DNA of 64,000 nt from Patescibacteria group bacterium (lineage in GTDB: Bacteria; Patescibacteriota; Patescibacteriia; UBA10025; JAHIVO01), in the NCBI GenBank assembly GCA_049325535.1, contig JBMOKY010000001.1, positions 29,002-93,001 on the forward strand, written 5' to 3'. Within the stretch, counting starts at the first letter, position 1, and each line of letters begins with the position of its first letter. Below, piece after piece: positions 9,471 to 18,416 of this stretch. The notes beneath the pieces were generated by a model. That model searched no databases. It was given only the letters and a program-made list of their open reading frames with translations, and was not told the origin of the DNA. Position numbers and translations under genes: made by a program.

Positions 9471-10982
9471 ATGGTGCATGATCAGCGCAATGGCACACAA
9501 GAGTACGTGCCCGATCTCCATGGATGGGTTCGACAGGTTATGGACCGTGATTCTGACAAGCGCGCCCGCAAGATAGCTAATTACGTCTGCAATACGCCGT
9601 TGGCCGGCCGCGAAGCAGCAATGCAGCGGGTCGTGGCCGCGCTGGCTGCCCATCGGAGCGCTTACTTGCACAAAGGATGGAGCGGCGGTGTGGCCCTCAT
9701 CACTCGGTACCTGGCGGACTGTTCGCTCCGATTGGGCGATTACACATTTCTGAATGTAGTGTATGCTCCCCAGATTGATGTGCGGATGACCGCCCAGCAG
9801 CATACCAGGCTCGAATTGATGATCAGCTACTTTCAGTACGTCGCTTCGTCTGAAGAAAAGACGCGGCACTTTTGCCGGGTCATGTTTACCGATTTGGCGG
9901 AGCAGCTGGCTCCCGCGCTGAAGCAGGGCCATGCTGGGTTACGCTCTTTTCTGGACAAGCAGACGCCGCTGATGATAGCGATCATTTGGGAATCGGTGTA
10001 TTGTCCGGCAAGTGAATCAGGGCCGGTCAAGGGCTGGTTTACCAATTTGCTTCGCATGTTTGCTCAAACAGAAGACGAGGAGGCATTTGGGTGGCTGGAG
10101 ACGATCTGGTGGCTACTCACCTACCGCAGCGCCGAGGTACGCGTGTATGATCAGGGGAGATTTGAATTGTTCCTGGAGCATGCCAATCTCAGCCTCACTG
10201 AGTATATCATGGGCAGTTTTGATCCCGAATCACCTACGGTCATCATACCACGGGGTATGAGTGGGGCGTTTGAGAAATTCATTTCTGCACTTGATCGGCA
10301 TTGTGGTGAGCTGAGACAGGCCGCGGTCGAATGGTGTCGCTGGTTTATGTGGTATGAGCCGCAGCTGCGCATCGACCTCAGGGACATGCAGCAGGCGGTG
10401 ACGGAGCGGCCCAGCCGGCTGATTCGTCCGGACGGTCTGGACTGCATCGATGTGGGGCGGCTGACGGTGCTGCGCGACCTGGGTATCCAGCAGATTCGTT
10501 TCTATCCGAATGGCAGTCCGTGGCCCGCCATGGAAATTGGTTTTACCCTCCGGGTATTTGGTCGGCTGAATACAGAAATTCGTGGCCAGTTGTCCGTGAA
10601 TGGGCTCCAGGTATCCCCGGTTCTGTATGAGGGGTGCCTGCCTGAGGATCGGGGTCGCCGGGCAATCGTGCTCGAATATCTGGTATGGGAATGCCTGTAT
10701 CGCCTGGTGGTGAACCGTGAATCTCACGTGCATCATGCCGGGTGCCCGGGCAATGGACAAATGCGGCGCTGGACCGGATATGCTCCACATTGGGTGGCGC
10801 TGCCCGACGGTAAGAAGCCGAGTATCGGAGCCATCGAGCGTTGCTTGAAACTGTATCAGTTCAGGCCGCCCGACGGCCACACATTCAACAAAGGTTGTGA
10901 GGCATCTAGCCCTGACCACATGGTCGTCGTGCCGCCCCGGCTGGTACTGACCGATGATCTGCTCACCCATAGTACCTATTGA
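9471..10982 (+). CDS. Hypothetical protein (no recognisable family)
   Basis: Long ORF with AGGAGG RBS (9459-9464), TTGACA promoter at 9393 and a terminator at ~11000-11037. Confidence 0.75.
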   Translation: MVHDQRNGTQEYVPDLHGWVRQVMDRDSDKRARKIANYVCNTPLAGREAAMQRVVAALAAHRSAYLHKGWSGGVALITRYLADCSLRLGDYTFLNVVYAPQIDVRMTAQQHTRLELMISYFQYVASSEEKTRHFCRVMFTDLAEQLAPALKQGHAGLRSFLDKQTPLMIAIIWESVYCPASESGPVKGWFTNLLRMFAQTEDEEAFGWLETIWWLLTYRSAEVRVYDQGRFELFLEHANLSLTEYIMGSFDPESPTVIIPRGMSGAFEKFISALDRHCGELRQAAVEWCRWFMWYEPQLRIDLRDMQQAVTERPSRLIRPDGLDCIDVGRLTVLRDLGIQQIRFYPNGSPWPAMEIGFTLRVFGRLNTEIRGQLSVNGLQVSPVLYEGCLPEDRGRRAIVLEYLVWECLYRLVVNRESHVHHAGCPGNGQMRRWTGYAPHWVALPDGKKPSIGAIERCLKLYQFRPPDGHTFNKGCEASSPDHMVVVPPRLVLTDDLLTHSTY

Positions 10983-10999
10983 TAGGAGGATTGTACAAT

Positions 11000-11037
11000 G
11001 CCACCGCGCTCTGATTTTGAGCCCGGTGGTTTTTTTA
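11000..11037 (+). terminator. Intrinsic terminator
   Basis: gccaccg.gctc...gagc.cggtggt followed by T run. Confidence 0.65.
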
Positions 11038-11078
11038 TGGATGGATGGTAGGGGTCGTGGCCAGGATGATGGCGTTTT

Positions 11079-11750
11079 TTAACCAGCATGCGTGATTACG
11101 CCGTCCCGTATCTCAATAGTTTGAGTGGCGTATTTTTTGATGTAATCAGAATGAGAAATGACAACCACTGTTTTGTGATGGCGCGTATTCAGGTCGGCGA
11201 GCAGCTGGATGATGCCTTCGCCCGTTTTACTATCCAGATTTCCCGTCGGTTCATCGGCCAGGATGATATTTGGTTCGTTGATTAGGGCGCGGGCGATGGC
11301 GACCCGTTGCTGTTCACCCCCGGAGAGGAGGCTGGGGAGGTGGCGTGCCCGCTGTTCCAAACCAACTTGTTTGAGCGCAGCCCGTACTCGATCCCGGTCG
11401 CGATTTGAGCGTCGAGCGATGCCCGCCTCCACGTTTTGCTCTGCGGTCAGCGTGGGTATCAGATTGAAACTCTGGAATATGAATCCCATCAGGTCGCGGC
11501 GCATTTCTGTCAATTTCCGGTCGCTGATGGTGGTGATATCAACCCCCTGTATTTCGATGATACCATCGGTCGGGCGATCCAAACCGCCGATGAGCTGCAG
11601 CAGCGTACTTTTACCGGATCCGGACGGGCCGATGATGGCGAGGAAATCGCCTTGTGCCATTTCCAGATTGACTCCGTTGGTAGCATTGATTGCTTTGTCC
11701 CCCTGCTGGTAGCGTTTGATGGCGTTTGTGATTTTGATGATAGTGGCCAT
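11079..11750 (-). CDS. ABC transporter ATP-binding protein (LolD/MacB type)
   Basis: [34 protein letters not shown]. Confidence 0.96.
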   Translation of the reverse strand: MATIIKITNAIKRYQQGDKAINATNGVNLEMAQGDFLAIIGPSGSGKSTLLQLIGGLDRPTDGIIEIQGVDITTISDRKLTEMRRDLMGFIFQSFNLIPTLTAEQNVEAGIARRSNRDRDRVRAALKQVGLEQRARHLPSLLSGGEQQRVAIARALINEPNIILADEPTGNLDSKTGEGIIQLLADLNTRHHKTVVVISHSDYIKKYATQTIEIRDGVITHAG

Positions 11751-11770
11751 GAGCGTATGCTAATTTTTTA

Positions 11771-13432
11771 TTACTCTAAGTTACGGAATGCTTCCTGCGG
11801 TTTCATCTTTGACGCTTTGACGGCAGCTAGGGCGCCGGCAATGATGGATCCGATCAGCGCCACCCCCGCGCCTAGCAGCAGGATGAGATATGTATAGGCG
11901 ACGTGAAGCGTGACCGTGGTCGTGGTGTCAGCGGTGGAGCCTTCACTCGTTGGCCCGCCAAAGAAACGTTGCGCCATACCAACCATGCCCTGGGGCTCGT
12001 TTCCGGTGATGGTAGCAGCGAGCGATATGTCATAGGTGTTGAGTAGGGCAATCATCCCCAAGCCGAGGCCGATACCGAGTGCGCCACCCGCCATTCCCAA
12101 AATTACATTTTCCCCGATAATTTGCCGAATAATTCGGGTGTTACTCCAGCCGATCGCTTTGAGTGTACCAATTTCGCGAACCCGCTTGTTGACCGACAGT
12201 ATCGTGAGCAGGCTGACAATGACGAACGCAGCTCCGATGATGATGAAACTGGTCACCCCAATGAATTTATTGGTCAGATTGGCTGCGTTGACCAAACTGC
12301 CCGTCACGAGGTGAGCTGTGTCAGTCGCATCGGTGACGGCCGCTCCTACAAAGAGATTCTCCAATTGTCGGCTGGCAGTTTCGACTGATTGGGCATCGGC
12401 TACTTTGATTAAGAGAATATTGATAGTTTCCGTACGGTCGGCAAGCGTCTGAAGATCTGCCAGTGGCAGATAGAGGTCAGCGGTGGTGGTGTATAATTCC
12501 GGTTCGACGATACCCGTCAGTGTCAGCGTTTTACCTCCCAGTTCGATCGTCCCCCCGACTGCCAAGCTCTGTTTGTCTGCGTATGAGGCATTGGCAATGA
12601 CCTGATCGGCTCCTGTAAACCAGGTGCCGCTCGTTATCTGATCGGGAAGGATGAGGCCGATGTCTGTTTTTGACGTGTCAACACCGGCGACCGTCAGATT
12701 ATTTGAGCTGATATTTGTTTCGATCGGGCCTACCCGCTGTGAGTAGATTCGTTCAGGAGCGGTAAATTTAAAGGTTTGTGATTTGAATCGCTCGGGCATA
12801 GCCGCATCGGTAGCCGACCGTACGTGCTCCATACCTTCGGGTGACCGTGGATCTATCCCCCGTGCCTGCAATTCAGCTTCTGCCTCCTTTCGGGCAGCAT
12901 CGACTGCCGCCCGCTCTGCGTCGGTCATGGCCGAAATTTCCTGATTGACTTCAAATGTTTCGCCCCCGGTTTGAAATTCAGCTACCACGTCGGGTATGGT
13001 CCCCTCCTGGTGCATAACATTCATGACCAGTCCCGCAGCGGCATTGGCGACCAGTGACCGATCGAGGGTGTCGGTGATCGACTGTTCAAAGGTCATCATC
13101 GATCCGGGCAAAAAGGTGTCGCTGGAAAATGTGGATCCGGGGTCGCCTAATGCGGCGAGATTCAAGCCGATGCGGTTGTCCTGCATCAATTCCTCCCGGG
13201 TGGCGTCGTCGAGCGCGGCCATACTTTCGGCGTCAACCGATCGGGTAATCAGTATATCAGTCCCCACGTTTTGTAATGGGTTGAGGACGGTGTCCTGGGC
13301 GGCAGACAGGCTTTGTGAAACGGAAATGATGACGATGATGATCGTGCTGGCAATAGCCAGTCCAAACGATATCGTTATTGTTTTTCCCCACCGTCTGGTC
13401 AGTTCCGCCCAGAGGTAGCGTAGATAAAACAT
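11771..13432 (-). CDS. MacB/FtsX-family ABC permease with large extracytoplasmic domain
   Basis: N-terminal TM, SVNKRVREIGTLKAIGW motif, C-terminal ASKMKPQEAFR. Confidence 0.92.
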   Translation of the reverse strand: MFYLRYLWAELTRRWGKTITISFGLAIASTIIIVIISVSQSLSAAQDTVLNPLQNVGTDILITRSVDAESMAALDDATREELMQDNRIGLNLAALGDPGSTFSSDTFLPGSMMTFEQSITDTLDRSLVANAAAGLVMNVMHQEGTIPDVVAEFQTGGETFEVNQEISAMTDAERAAVDAARKEAEAELQARGIDPRSPEGMEHVRSATDAAMPERFKSQTFKFTAPERIYSQRVGPIETNISSNNLTVAGVDTSKTDIGLILPDQITSGTWFTGADQVIANASYADKQSLAVGGTIELGGKTLTLTGIVEPELYTTTADLYLPLADLQTLADRTETINILLIKVADAQSVETASRQLENLFVGAAVTDATDTAHLVTGSLVNAANLTNKFIGVTSFIIIGAAFVIVSLLTILSVNKRVREIGTLKAIGWSNTRIIRQIIGENVILGMAGGALGIGLGLGMIALLNTYDISLAATITGNEPQGMVGMAQRFFGGPTSEGSTADTTTTVTLHVAYTYLILLLGAGVALIGSIIAGALAAVKASKMKPQEAFRNLE

Positions 13433-13579
13433 ATAAAATATTTTTTTAGAAATCAAAATAAAATATGCGGTCGCCCGATACGGTCGTCGTATTGTGGCTT
13501 GCCGTATGCCTATATGTACGCACACTCTGACTATTTCATTTCAAAACAAAAACACCCTGCTATTTTGGCAAGGTGTTTT

Positions 13580-13655
13580 TGGTGCGCGCAGAGGGATTCG
13601 AACCCCCGACCGTTTGCTTAAGAGGCAACTGCTCTACCGACTGAGCTATGCGCGC
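13580..13655 (-). tRNA. tRNA-Lys(CTT), CCA encoded
   Basis: Cloverleaf, anticodon loop CTCTTAA; terminator hairpin ~13548-13580 downstream. Confidence 0.96.
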
Positions 13656-13905
13656 GCGTCGAAATGGTAACCCCGGTTCCGTTTCCTGCTGTGTAGGCAG
13701 GCACCTCCACCTTCGCACACATTTCCCCTTTTCCTCGTCCACCTATGGGTGGACTCGGTATTTTTTTTAATGACACCGATCGTGTCTCACCGGACTCGGG
13801 ATTGTGATCATAAGAAACGGTGAGATTGCATTAGTATAGTGCAGTAAACCGGTAAAATCAAGAATATCGCTAGAAATCGCCCAGCTTTTGGAGTATGATT
13901 GTGGC

Positions 13906-14547
13906 ATGCGTACTCGTGCTGTTCGATTTTTATTACTGATTATCGGCGCTGCCGTGCTCTTCTTTATTTTTTATCCGCTGTTTCATGATACCCGTTTTGG
14001 CGTCAGCATGATCAGCAATCTGCTGATAGCCTATGGCAGTGTGTGGTGCTTTTATTCACTCAAAGATGACCGCTCAATTCGTCAGTTGCTGGGCATCCGC
14101 ACCCTCGACCTGACCATCCTGGGCATCATTACTATGCTGACGACTGCCGGAGTACTGGGGGTGTTATTTGGTTTGGCGGGTACGATTAACCGGTACCTGG
14201 ATATCTCATCGTGGACTGGCGCGGCGCATCAGCCGTTGTTCCTTTTCACCATGCTTTTTTATGTACTCCTCAGTATTCCGCTCCAGGAATATATTTTCCG
14301 TGGGTATGTCTGGGCGCTGATACGGCACTCAGTATCGCATCCATGGGTAGCCATTGGTATCTCGTCATTTTTATATTCGATTTCCCACTTACAATACGGT
14401 TGGTTGATGATGGCTGTTACATTTAGCTTTGGTTTATTTCTGGGATACATCATGGAGCGGTATCGGCGCATTGCATTGCCGATCATTATTCATTTATTGG
14501 GGGGAGTGGCGTTTTTCTCTGCGAATCTGATCATTCATTTTTTGTAG
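13906..14547 (+). CDS. CPBP (CAAX/Abi) family intramembrane metalloprotease
   Basis: QEYIFRG (variant of EExxFRG), YSISH, PIIIH motifs; multi-TM. Confidence 0.85.
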   Translation: MRTRAVRFLLLIIGAAVLFFIFYPLFHDTRFGVSMISNLLIAYGSVWCFYSLKDDRSIRQLLGIRTLDLTILGIITMLTTAGVLGVLFGLAGTINRYLDISSWTGAAHQPLFLFTMLFYVLLSIPLQEYIFRGYVWALIRHSVSHPWVAIGISSFLYSISHLQYGWLMMAVTFSFGLFLGYIMERYRRIALPIIIHLLGGVAFFSANLIIHFL

Positions 14548-14587
14548 CACAAAAAATTGATGCGCCGGCGTGGAGCCATCACGGGCA

Positions 14588-14881
14588 TTATTTTTTTATG
14601 GTTGGTTGTCGGGTGAGCAGCGCGCTTATCAACCAGAGTATGCCAAAGGTAATACCAGTACCGATCACTCCCGCCAGACCAATGGCGACATATTCATGGG
14701 CAATCCCCGGTACCGCATAATCCGGTATGACGCCGGAGAAATAGGTAATACTTCTGTCCAGGAAGCCCTGGTTTTCGGCAACGCGCTCCAATCCATCGGG
14801 AGATGGCGATGCGGCCAGTGATATGATACCCCCGACGAAGAAAGCGATGGCCAGAAGTTGGAGCCAGGTATTACGTTTCAT
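14588..14881 (-). CDS. PDGLE-domain protein (NikN/CbiN-like ECF accessory)
   Basis: AASPSPDGLERVA...PDY motif, two TM segments. Confidence 0.9.
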   Translation of the reverse strand: MKRNTWLQLLAIAFFVGGIISLAASPSPDGLERVAENQGFLDRSITYFSGVIPDYAVPGIAHEYVAIGLAGVIGTGITFGILWLISALLTRQPTIKK

Positions 14882-15614
14882 GCTGATTGTCGGTGAAAAT
14901 AAATAATGGCTCATTGCGTTTTTGCAGGAAGGCAATGAAGGCGACCGTAATAATCGCTTCGCCAATGCCGATCAAGGCATGAATACTGAGCATGGCCGGC
15001 AGTACCTGGCTCATCGATATGGTGCCGGCCAGGCCGAATTCGAGCGAAGCAGCCGTTGCTGCCAACATGACTGATAGCCAGGCAGTGATTGCCATAGCCA
15101 GCCAGGTGTATTTTTTGTGTCGGCGGTACAGGCGGAAGATATATTGAAATACATGCCAGCCACCCACGGTGCCGATAAGCCCCATGTTGATGATATTGGC
15201 ACCAAGGGCGACTAGGCCGCCATCACCAAAGACAAACGCCTGGATAGCCACGATCACGGTGATGACGATGAATCCAGCCCATGGCCCGAGAATGAGCGCA
15301 GCGAGTACGCCGCCCAAGAGGTGGCCGGACGTACCGCCGGCAATCGGGAAATTCATCATCTGTGCGGCGAAAATGAGTGCACCGACGGTGGCCATGCGCA
15401 GCATGAGTTGTCTGCCAGCGGCGCTGAACTGTGTTTGGCTGCTCATGTCCATCGATCCGACGTCAGGCGCGGTTGCCAGCCGTTTTTTTTGGACCATGAC
15501 GCGTTTGGTTACCGCGCTGCGGAGTTTGTGAGCGGCGACGGCGGCGAAAGCACCGGCGGTGCCGAGAAGCGGGCCAGCCACATTATTATTGAGAAATCCA
15601 TCGGGGATATGCAT
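14871..15614 (-). CDS. cbiM: CbiM/NikM family ECF metal-transporter substrate component
   Basis: MHIPDG N-terminus, FAAQMMNFP, GTSGHLLG, DGGLVALGAN, H.LIGIGEA. Confidence 0.92.
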   Translation of the reverse strand: MHIPDGFLNNNVAGPLLGTAGAFAAVAAHKLRSAVTKRVMVQKKRLATAPDVGSMDMSSQTQFSAAGRQLMLRMATVGALIFAAQMMNFPIAGGTSGHLLGGVLAALILGPWAGFIVITVIVAIQAFVFGDGGLVALGANIINMGLIGTVGGWHVFQYIFRLYRRHKKYTWLAMAITAWLSVMLAATAASLEFGLAGTISMSQVLPAMLSIHALIGIGEAIITVAFIAFLQKRNEPLFIFTDNQHET

Positions 15615-15617
15615 TGT

Positions 15618-16298
15618 CTATGTTCGTTTGATAATTAATTCTTCTCGTGGCTGAGCGCGCTTGAGATTGGTGATGATGCGCCGTGCCACATACGCCGGAT
15701 CCATGTATCGGTCATACTCTGCCGGTTTCTGTTCATCAAAGAAATGTGTTCGCATGCCACCCGGGTAGACGCCGATGACGCTGATGTTTTGAGCGGCCGT
15801 TTCGAGCCTGAGTGATTTGGTGAACCCGGTGGCCGCGTATTTACTGGCGCAATATGCCGCTGAATTGGCGCGACCGGTGAGAGCACTGGTTGATAAAATA
15901 TTGATAATGACACCTCGTTTCCGTCGTTGCATATAAGGCAGCACTGCCTGTGTACCATAGATCACCCCGAATAGATTTACGTCCATCATGTGGCGCATCC
16001 GTCGAGTATTAATTTTTTCCACCGGACCATGGGGGATGCGTGTGCCGGCATTATTAATCCAAATATCAATATGACCAAAGCGTTTGACGGTCGTTTCTGC
16101 CAAGCGGTTCATGTCGCCCGCTTGAGTCACGTCGGCACGCACCCACCATTCACGAGTTGCGCCCAGGGGGTTTCGACGTGACCGATGTCGTGCGGCGCGA
16201 ACCACGCGAGCGCCTTCATAGAGCGCGGCTTCGGCCAGCGCCCGGCCGAGACCTTTGCTGGCGCCGGTGATGACGATGACTTTTTTATTGAGTTGCAT
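15618..16298 (-). CDS. Short-chain dehydrogenase/reductase (SDR)
   Basis: TGASKGLG, NNAG, YCASK. Confidence 0.95.
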   Translation of the reverse strand: MQLNKKVIVITGASKGLGRALAEAALYEGARVVRAARHRSRRNPLGATREWWVRADVTQAGDMNRLAETTVKRFGHIDIWINNAGTRIPHGPVEKINTRRMRHMMDVNLFGVIYGTQAVLPYMQRRKRGVIINILSTSALTGRANSAAYCASKYAATGFTKSLRLETAAQNISVIGVYPGGMRTHFFDEQKPAEYDRYMDPAYVARRIITNLKRAQPREELIIKRT

Positions 16299-16313
16299 AT
16301 ATCGTGTATATCA

Positions 16314-18140
16314 TTATTCGCAGGGCAGTTGGTTCTGCAGGAGCGGATCCTGGAATACCGTTCCATAGTTGTGTGCGTAATAGAGGGTAGCTCCTGGATC
16401 AGTCAGTCGGCTGGGGATACAAAAGTCTTTTGTTCCGATATCAGTCGTCAGATTAATGATGAGTTGTGGCACGGAGATAGGATTTTCAGTTAAGTTTTGA
16501 ATCCCAATCAGCAGTGGAGCGGCGCCCTGAAGCATTGGTGATTCGGCCAACAGCGTTCCGGGGGTATACCCGCCAGGCGTCAACAACCCGAGCGTTTGTG
16601 TCTGATAGACATCACCTCGTCCAAACGCGATTGCAGTTCCGTCCGGCAAGTTCGCAGCAGTGGCAGTTATGATGAGGTTTGGACGAAAGCCGTGCTCCAA
16701 GAGCAGGGCGCAGTCCACGGGCGTTGTGGAATTTTGCAGTAATGGATCGGTATATGTATTTCCGTTTGATGCTACGTACAGCAGTTTGGTTTCGGATGGA
16801 CTGAGATCGACACTTTCAGCACAAGTGGTAATAGTCCCCTGATCACTCATGATCGTAAACACTTGTTTAGGAATAGTAATAGTCGTTTCTGAGTATTTAT
16901 TTTGGTATGCGATGGTAAGCGGTGCGCTGCCGGTCTGTCCCTGCAAGGCATTATCATCCTGAAAACCTCTTTCGAAATCGCCGGATTCGGTCTCGTGTTC
17001 GTGGAAATTTCCCATCTGGTATGTGGAATCTCCGATTATCGCTCGGTGAAAGATGATCGTGCCTGTATCGATCAACGCTGATAGACCTATATTAGACAAA
17101 TCATCTGGGTGAAAAGAACGCTCCTGAATCTGTGAACATGAAAAATTCAAGTAGGGATCAGATAAGAGAGCATCACGGTATGCATTGCCCTGTACATCGA
17201 TATACGTAATTTCAGAATCAAACGCGCCGGGTAACATCACGGAGGGCATACATACATTTTTGACGTTGCCTTCGCTATCCCATAGTGTCAGGAAGTCTGG
17301 CGGGGTTGCCAAATCATCGCCATCTCGTTTCGGATGTGGAGCAATAGCTAGTGGGGCCTGGCCATATGCGCGGAGATAGCAATCAGCACACAACCCCTCA
17401 CGATCGAAACCAAGCGGGTATAGATAACCAAACTCCCAGATATTATCCCAAAAACTACCTCGTACGATCGCGTGGTAATCAAAATTTTCCGGGTAAAATG
17501 TGCTTGTTCCGGCGTTGTATACGTTCACTACCATGCCTCGTGCAAGTTTTGCAGGACATGGTTCGTCCAGCGCCGATTGTGTGAGTGCGGAGTCAATATA
17601 TGGGGTACCGTATGTATCAAAAAATCTCGATTCCCCATTTACAAGTCCGTCAACGCATAATGTGACAATTTGGTTACCCGCGCTCCTGATAGTAATATGC
17701 TGGCTGCGGGGGAAGTCGCCATCTACCGCTGTTAGTGAAAGCGTCTGTCCAGTTGATGTTGTTTCGCCATCATGCGCGGTGAGAATGCACTTAGCCGGAT
17801 TTGTCAGCTGGGTGGACAAAAAAGATCCGAGATTCGCCTGACCGTTATGGAATACAAGCGCCGCCCCATCATCACACGCGGGGATGGTGGGTTCCCCGGA
17901 AAGCTGATCAAACATATCGGTCGAGAATTCCTGGATATCATTGATGACAAGCGGAGTTTGGGTGCTCTGCGTGTCACATTTTTTTGTTATTCCTAAAGTT
18001 TTTGATAAGAAATGTATTTGACTTGCGCAGTCATTAGGAAAAAGTGATGGGAGAAAACCAAAGATAAAAAGTCCAATGCTTAATAGTCCGATGACGGTTA
18101 CCGTAATGCCCCGTGTTTTCGTTTGGGTAGCCTGCTGCAT
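16314..18140 (-). CDS. Membrane-anchored extracellular protein with four ~130-150-aa Cys-containing repeats
   Basis: N-terminal TM; repeat-ending motifs YGTPYIDSAL, QGNAYRDALL, NGNTYTDPLL, YGTVFQDPLL each followed by Cys. Confidence 0.8.
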   Translation of the reverse strand: MQQATQTKTRGITVTVIGLLSIGLFIFGFLPSLFPNDCASQIHFLSKTLGITKKCDTQSTQTPLVINDIQEFSTDMFDQLSGEPTIPACDDGAALVFHNGQANLGSFLSTQLTNPAKCILTAHDGETTSTGQTLSLTAVDGDFPRSQHITIRSAGNQIVTLCVDGLVNGESRFFDTYGTPYIDSALTQSALDEPCPAKLARGMVVNVYNAGTSTFYPENFDYHAIVRGSFWDNIWEFGYLYPLGFDREGLCADCYLRAYGQAPLAIAPHPKRDGDDLATPPDFLTLWDSEGNVKNVCMPSVMLPGAFDSEITYIDVQGNAYRDALLSDPYLNFSCSQIQERSFHPDDLSNIGLSALIDTGTIIFHRAIIGDSTYQMGNFHEHETESGDFERGFQDDNALQGQTGSAPLTIAYQNKYSETTITIPKQVFTIMSDQGTITTCAESVDLSPSETKLLYVASNGNTYTDPLLQNSTTPVDCALLLEHGFRPNLIITATAANLPDGTAIAFGRGDVYQTQTLGLLTPGGYTPGTLLAESPMLQGAAPLLIGIQNLTENPISVPQLIINLTTDIGTKDFCIPSRLTDPGATLYYAHNYGTVFQDPLLQNQLPCE

Positions 18141-18173
18141 ACATAGGTTATTATTTGTTATGCTTGCATAATG

Positions 18174-18248
18174 TGGTACCCCCGCTAGGAATTGAACCTA
18201 GATCCTCGGCTTAGAAGGCCGATGCTCTATCCGTTGAGCTACAGGGGC
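18174..18248 (-). tRNA. tRNA-Arg(TCT), CCA encoded
   Basis: Cloverleaf, anticodon loop CTTCTAA. Confidence 0.96.
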
Positions 18249-18255
18249 GCGCCTA

Positions 18256-18300
18256 TATGAGGAGACAACCTCAGGTTTTCTCCTCATTACTTCTCTTTCC
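18256..18300. repeat. tRNA-leader hairpin element, copy 1 (copy 2 at 51514-51556)
   Basis: tatgaggagacaacctcaggttttctcctcattacttctctttcc versus tatgaggaaacacctacggtttttcctcattactctttttccc. Confidence 0.7.
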
Positions 18301-18416
18301 TGTGGTGTCGCTCAGCTCGGGACCGTATAACCCCAGCTTCGCGACGCTTCCTGTTCCTCCTCTACTCAGCTCGCTCACGCGAGCCTAGTTATTTGTAGTG
18401 AAATAAGCGGTTCTCG

